A stretch of DNA of 64,000 bases from Candidatus Undinarchaeota archaeon (GTDB taxonomy: Archaea > Undinarchaeota > Undinarchaeia > Undinarchaeales > UBA543): NCBI GenBank assembly GCA_964567575.1, contig CAZMMZ010000003.1, forward strand, positions 4,328 through 68,327. The letters are read 5' to 3'. Position numbers and translations under genes: made by a program. Every line of letters starts with the position of its first letter. The first letter of the stretch is position 1. Below are positions 59,764 to 64,000 of this stretch, one piece after another. The notes under the pieces were generated by a model. It ran no database searches. It saw only the letters and a program-made list of their open reading frames with translations, and was not told the DNA's origin.

Positions 59764-60609
59764 ATGCCAACCGAAGAACCCACTGTTGAAGATGTTGTAA
59801 AGCTCATAAAAGTAAGCAAACCGAATGGGAGAAATCAAAAACATTTCCCACGGTTAATAATGGATGACTTAGTTAAACGGCAGATAACCGCGTATCACAG
59901 TTCCCCAGATAAGGTTGTGAAAGTGCGTGCAAATGATTTAGATCTTCCTGGCCAGCGAGGAATAATCAAAGCCAGAATGTCTCAACACTGTCTCCAGCTT
60001 CTTGTCGAAATGAATATTTTTGAGAAATATGAAGGGAGCGAAGAGCAACAAAAGCATATTGGTACTCATGGAAAAGCTGAAGTAAGGCGCATAGATAGTT
60101 CCGAGTTTTATTTGTTTACGCAGACTGTGCGTTCTGCGTGTCGCAAAGCATTTGATAAAGGTGAACCTCGTTATAAAAAGTTTGTTCTGGGACAAGCGCT
60201 AGCTAGCAATTACATTGTTATTGCTTCTGATCCCGATAAGTCTAAGCAGTTTCTCAAGCGCTCTGAAAATAATCTTGTTGCAAAGTTTGATGAGAAGAAG
60301 CTCAAAAAGCTGTTTGATTCTGACAAAGCAAACGGAAAGAAAGGATCTAAAAAAGGGGATACTTTGGAAAAAGTTGAAGCAGATTTGAAAAAGCAGAAAT
60401 GGGCCAAGCAAAAGACTCCGTGCCGTAAGCAGGTAGCGAGATACCTTCTGCGTCTGGAAGATCTTGGTCTTGATATTTCAAACCCCGCACAATTTCTTTT
60501 CGGGCCATTCGCAAACCTATATTCTCCTGTGCGGTATCACAAAATGCACTGGGTGCACATTCTCGTGCAGGTAAAAGCATTGAAAAAGCTTAGGGATAAG
60601 AAGAAATAA
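59764..60609 (+). CDS. Hypothetical protein (orphan), basic, on the opposite strand to all its neighbours
   Basis: 281-aa uninterrupted ORF after a long AT-rich promoter-like region. No recognisable motif, and it appears somewhat richer in G+C than its flanks. Confidence 0.5.
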   Translation: MPTEEPTVEDVVKLIKVSKPNGRNQKHFPRLIMDDLVKRQITAYHSSPDKVVKVRANDLDLPGQRGIIKARMSQHCLQLLVEMNIFEKYEGSEEQQKHIGTHGKAEVRRIDSSEFYLFTQTVRSACRKAFDKGEPRYKKFVLGQALASNYIVIASDPDKSKQFLKRSENNLVAKFDEKKLKKLFDSDKANGKKGSKKGDTLEKVEADLKKQKWAKQKTPCRKQVARYLLRLEDLGLDISNPAQFLFGPFANLYSPVRYHKMHWVHILVQVKALKKLRDKKK

Positions 60610-60615
60610 TTCTAA

Positions 60616-60744
60616 TTACTTCTTATTTATTTTCCAAGTGCTTGCTGAGAAACCAGATGATATTTTCTTAAAACATTCTTCGCACACAGTCTTTGTGCTG
60701 TCATCAGGAATTTCTTTGTTGCATTGTGTGCAATATTTAGTCAT
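60616..60744 (-). CDS. Unlisted 42-aa zinc-ribbon mini-protein
   Basis: The minus strand encodes MTKYCTQCNKEIPDDSTKTVCEECFKKISSGFSASTWKINKK (CxxC-x12-CxxC). It starts 8 nt after the aIF2-gamma stop and is below the ORF-track size cut-off. Confidence 0.4.
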   Translation of the reverse strand: MTKYCTQCNKEIPDDSTKTVCEECFKKISSGFSASTWKINKK

Positions 60745-60752
60745 AATTAGAA

Positions 60753-61967
60753 TTATTGGATAACGCCGTATCCAATTAATCGCCATCGAGTTCCGAATCG
60801 TCTTGCAATAGTAACTCTGTCGCCTACGCGCGCGCAGACTGGCAATTTCAATTTGAAAGTATAAGACTGCTTCTTACCAACTGAAACAACTCCAACAGTT
60901 GTTGCAGTTCCAGTATTCAGCATCAGAGGCTCCTGATTAATCAGTGGTTTAATCTCAAGCTCGTCCTTTGAACCAACAACGCGCTCCAATAAGTGAATCT
61001 CCATTGCAATGTCTTTTTTAATTGGAGGCATTTTACCAGGGATTCCCAAAACTTTTCCTGATAATCCATCAGCTTTTGTCAGAGCAGGATCAAGTCCTGT
61101 TTCCAAACCAAAAGTTCCACCTCTACCAACTTTCTTAATTTTGGAACCACCGCAAGTTATGCCTCGGATTTTTGTTTTAATTGTTCCGCCATCAGACATT
61201 GGACCAATTTCAACAAGCTCGCCTTCTTTTAATTCACCAGATACGAGTGCGCCGCCAAGCACACCTCCTTTAATTACTGTTGGGTCTGAACCTGGCTTGT
61301 TAATATCAAATGACCGAGCAAGATACATTATTGGTTCCTCGCCTGGTTTCACTCCCGGAGAAGGAATCTTCTCCTCAATTGTTTTAATTAAAACATCAAT
61401 GTTTGTTCCATGCTGTGCAGATACTGGAATAATCGGAGCTTTCTCAGCAACAGTTCCTTTTACAAATTCTTTAATTTGATTATAATTCTCAAGAGCTTTC
61501 TCAGGTTTAATAAGATCAATTTTGTTTTGAACAATAATAATATTTTTTACACCAACAATATCAAGAGCCATCAAGTGCTCTTTGGTTTGCGGTTGAGGAC
61601 ATTCCTCATTTGCAGCAATTACAAGAATTGCGCCATCCATAATTGCAGCGCCTGTAAGCATTGTTGCCATCAGAGTTTCGTGCCCAGGTGCATCAACAAA
61701 ACTTACAACGCGTGCGAGTTCTGTTTTGGCTTTGCATTTAGGACATTCTTTTTTAACTGAATAGCAGTCCGGCTCTTTGCATTTAGGACATTTGTAAAAT
61801 TTGCAATCAGCATAACCAAGTCGAATTGTAATACCACGTTTTAATTCTTCAGAATGACGATCTGTCCAAACACCAGATAAGCGTTCAGTCAGTGAAGTTT
61901 TCCCATGGTCAATATGGCCAACTAAGCCGATATTTACTTCTGGGAGTTGACATTTATCTTCAGTCAT
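60753..61967 (-). CDS. eif2g: Translation initiation factor aIF2 gamma subunit
   Basis: [10 protein letters not shown], the zinc knuckle CPKCKEPDC...CPKCK, DAPGHE, NKIDL, and domains II and III. Confidence 0.97.
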   Translation of the reverse strand: MTEDKCQLPEVNIGLVGHIDHGKTSLTERLSGVWTDRHSEELKRGITIRLGYADCKFYKCPKCKEPDCYSVKKECPKCKAKTELARVVSFVDAPGHETLMATMLTGAAIMDGAILVIAANEECPQPQTKEHLMALDIVGVKNIIIVQNKIDLIKPEKALENYNQIKEFVKGTVAEKAPIIPVSAQHGTNIDVLIKTIEEKIPSPGVKPGEEPIMYLARSFDINKPGSDPTVIKGGVLGGALVSGELKEGELVEIGPMSDGGTIKTKIRGITCGGSKIKKVGRGGTFGLETGLDPALTKADGLSGKVLGIPGKMPPIKKDIAMEIHLLERVVGSKDELEIKPLINQEPLMLNTGTATTVGVVSVGKKQSYTFKLKLPVCARVGDRVTIARRFGTRWRLIGYGVIQ

Positions 61968-61971
61968 AAAT

Positions 61972-62598
61972 TTACTCTTTCTTCTCCTCTACAGGTTTCT
62001 CTTCTTCTTTAGGTTCTTCTGCAGGGGCGTCTTCTTTTTTCTCTTCTTCCTTTGCTGGTTCTTCAGCAGGTTTTTCTTCTTTCTTTTCTTCTGCTTTTGG
62101 CTCTTCAGGTTTTGCTTCTTCTGCTGGTTTCTCTTCTATAGGAGCAGCTTCTTCTTTTGCAGGTTCAGCTGGTGCTTCACCTTCAGCAGGTGCTGCATCT
62201 CCTTCTTTCTTTTCTTCACCCTCAGCTGCTGCTGGAGCAATTAATTTGTCAATCGGTTGTGAACCTTCTTTAACAACTTTAAGATTAATTTGAACAATAT
62301 CAGCGCCGATCTTGTTTCCGAACACACGTTTCTTTCTTCGCTCACCATTACGGTCTGTGTGGAAACCAGTTCCTTCTGAAAGTAATATACGTCTAGTAGT
62401 ACTGCCTTGAACATCTTTTCTCATTGGAGTTCCAGTTTTATCAGAACCTCCAGTAACTTCTAGTTCATAGCCTGCTAGGCCCAAGGATTCCCCTGAGAAT
62501 GTCTCACCAATCTTTGTTCCAACTAGTGAGTTGTCTTCTGTTTCAATTTTGTAGGACTTTCCTGTTTTTGGGTCAGCCACTACGAGTTTAAAGGTCAT
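61972..62598 (-). CDS. rps6e: 30S ribosomal protein eS6 with an ~85-aa A/E/K/P-rich C-terminal tail
   Basis: [19 protein letters not shown]...[18 protein letters not shown]...RRKKRVFGN, then [28 protein letters not shown]...[10 protein letters not shown]. Confidence 0.92.
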   Translation of the reverse strand: MTFKLVVADPKTGKSYKIETEDNSLVGTKIGETFSGESLGLAGYELEVTGGSDKTGTPMRKDVQGSTTRRILLSEGTGFHTDRNGERRKKRVFGNKIGADIVQINLKVVKEGSQPIDKLIAPAAAEGEEKKEGDAAPAEGEAPAEPAKEEAAPIEEKPAEEAKPEEPKAEEKKEEKPAEEPAKEEEKKEDAPAEEPKEEEKPVEEKKE

Positions 62599-62611
62599 TA
62601 TTATCTCCTAT

Positions 62612-64000
62612 TTATCGTGAAATTTTTTCAATTTCGTCCAAAAGCACAGATTCCTCAACTGTCAAAAGATCCTTTAATTTGGTTCTCAAAACTTGTCTGT
62701 CCCGCTTCGGAACGCGTACATAGAGGGTATCGTTCTCTTTTATATTCTTTCCGATTACGCCTCCAACTATGGAAACTGCAACTTCCTTGCCTGCTTCCGC
62801 TTCCTTCAGATTCTCTTTATCTTCTGTAATTCCTTTAATTGAACCAACTTTCTGCCCTTCTCCATTCATTAATTCACTTTTTTGCTTGATTCGCCCTGCA
62901 ACAACGCGAACACCGCAAATTGCTGGTTTTGATTGTCTGAAAATGTATTGCGGAAGCACTTCAATTTTCCCTGGCATTATTGTTGTTTTTGCAATTTCAG
63001 CTGAAGATTTGTTTTTTTCAGCATCCATCCATTGTTTGTACTCGTCAATTAAGCTGTAAACAATATCGCCTTCAAGAATTTTAATATCATTATCATCTGC
63101 TTCTTGCTTAGCGTCTTCTGAAACTTTTACATTGAATGCGAAAATCACAGCATTTAGATTGCTCTCCTTTTTCACTGCCTCAGCTTCCATTACATCCTTG
63201 CGTGAAACATCTCCAAATCCCGTTTTCCGAATTTTAATTCCTTTATCGCGGAACATTTTCATCAGAGCTTCCAGTGAGCCAAGTGTATCTGCTTTTAAAA
63301 TCACACCAATTGTTTCAGTTTTAATTTTGATTTGATCAATTTGTGTGCGAACTCTGTCTTTGATGTCCTCAGCATCATCAGTTCCAACAACTGAAACTGG
63401 CGCGCCTGCCAGTGCTTCATCCAAGCCAGGTGCGGAGAGTTTTATTCCAGATGCTGCCGGAACTTCATCAACCGGTGTGTATTGTTTTCCTGTGCGCATT
63501 TCCATCATTGGATTAGGTCGGAATAATGCTTTGACAGTTGTTTGAACTGGTTCATCTTTTGTTCCAACAACAATTTCATCACCTTTTTTTATGCAACCGT
63601 CATAGAGAATTAAATCAAGTGTTGTGCCAAGGCCTTCTTCTTTCTTCACTTCCAGAATTGTTCCACGCCCTGGAGAATCGCAATCAATTTCCAATTTCTT
63701 TTCCATGTATTTCTGTGTTAATCCTGTAAGCACCATTAAGAATTCTGGAATTCCTTCTCCTGTCTTTGCACTGATTGGGACAACTGCTATCTGTTCTGTG
63801 AAATCTTTAACGCGATCGAATCGTTCAGAACTGTAACCATTTTTGTGCAGAACTTCAACAATTTCATAAAGTTTTGTATCAATTATTTGCTGAACATCGT
63901 GCTTCTGATCCATTATGTTTTGAAGCATTGGCTTGTCTGGATTTGATTGCCAGCCTGAGAATGTGTCGAGTTTATTTGCAACAACAACGAATGGTGTTTT
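62612..64000 (-). CDS. infB: Translation initiation factor aIF5B (IF-2), N-terminal part outside the window
   Basis: The frame is open to the window edge (…FVVVANKLDTFSGWQSNPDKP before the tracked Met). Domains II-IV are recognisable (GRGTILEVKKEEGLGTTLDLILYDG, IKGDTLGSLEAL-like KADTLGSLEAL, VIFAFNVKV). Confidence 0.9.
   Translation of the reverse strand, partial: KTPFVVVANKLDTFSGWQSNPDKPMLQNIMDQKHDVQQIIDTKLYEIVEVLHKNGYSSERFDRVKDFTEQIAVVPISAKTGEGIPEFLMVLTGLTQKYMEKKLEIDCDSPGRGTILEVKKEEGLGTTLDLILYDGCIKKGDEIVVGTKDEPVQTTVKALFRPNPMMEMRTGKQYTPVDEVPAASGIKLSAPGLDEALAGAPVSVVGTDDAEDIKDRVRTQIDQIKIKTETIGVILKADTLGSLEALMKMFRDKGIKIRKTGFGDVSRKDVMEAEAVKKESNLNAVIFAFNVKVSEDAKQEADDNDIKILEGDIVYSLIDEYKQWMDAEKNKSSAEIAKTTIMPGKIEVLPQYIFRQSKPAICGVRVVAGRIKQKSELMNGEGQKVGSIKGITEDKENLKEAEAGKEVAVSIVGGVIGKNIKENDTLYVRVPKRDRQVLRTKLKDLLTVEESVLLDEIEKISR

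Noticed and set aside
1-64000. Alternative genetic code (stop-codon reassignment), as seen in some candidate-phyla organisms.
   Set aside because: TAA, TAG and TGA all terminate highly conserved genes at the expected lengths. Examples are TAG for the thermosome at 34130-34132 and TGA for the pilin gene at 42380-42382. No conserved gene shows in-frame stops.

Overview
The window is a visibly AT-rich, very gene-dense segment of about 85 genes with short gaps and many 1-25 nt overlaps. It is clearly archaeal. It carries TFB, Gar1, Trm1, MBF1, RNA polymerase subunits D, N, E' and Spt4, a thermosome, both RFC subunits, aIF2-gamma, aIF5B, and ribosomal proteins uS13, uS4, uS11, eL18, uL13, uS9, eS6, eS24 and eS31. 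The small proteins, numerous secreted or anchored surface proteins and low G+C would fit an uncultivated small-genome archaeon such as a DPANN lineage. That assignment cannot be verified from the sequence alone.

Main functional blocks:
1. 3.2-10.6 kb: an eight-gene isoprenoid operon (MVD-family decarboxylase, HAD, AcnX-like protein, two GHMP kinases, IPK, type-2 IDI, UbiA prenyltransferase). UppS and geranylgeranyl reductase lie at 49-51 kb.
2. 34.2-43.1 kb: a 13-gene Epd-like type IV pilus operon with seven prepilin-like genes, an ATPase and a two-gene platform.
3. An extracytoplasmic redox and folding set: cyclophilin lipoprotein, MsrP/MsrQ-like pair, thioredoxin-CcdA fusion and a membrane H+-PPase.
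4. Two conserved archaeal ribosomal/RNAP superoperons, both rearranged or interrupted.

One tRNA-Leu(GAG) is present. I saw no rRNA, CRISPR array, transposase or integrase.

The candidates most worth follow-up are:
- the mixed-variant mevalonate operon with an orphan AcnX large subunit;
- an orphan VirB4-like ATPase coupled to a small ORF;
- a membrane-tethered restriction-endonuclease-fold protein with a coiled-coil partner;
- an XRE / TPR / TPR / LigD-phosphoesterase operon whose regulator gene is G+C-atypical;
- a 420-nt repeat- and hairpin-rich non-coding island next to an orphan gene, inside a broken superoperon;
- a G+C-rich nested palindrome inside a prepilin leader;
- P/E/A/K-rich tails on many housekeeping proteins.

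All functional calls come from motif recognition by eye and none has been checked against a database.
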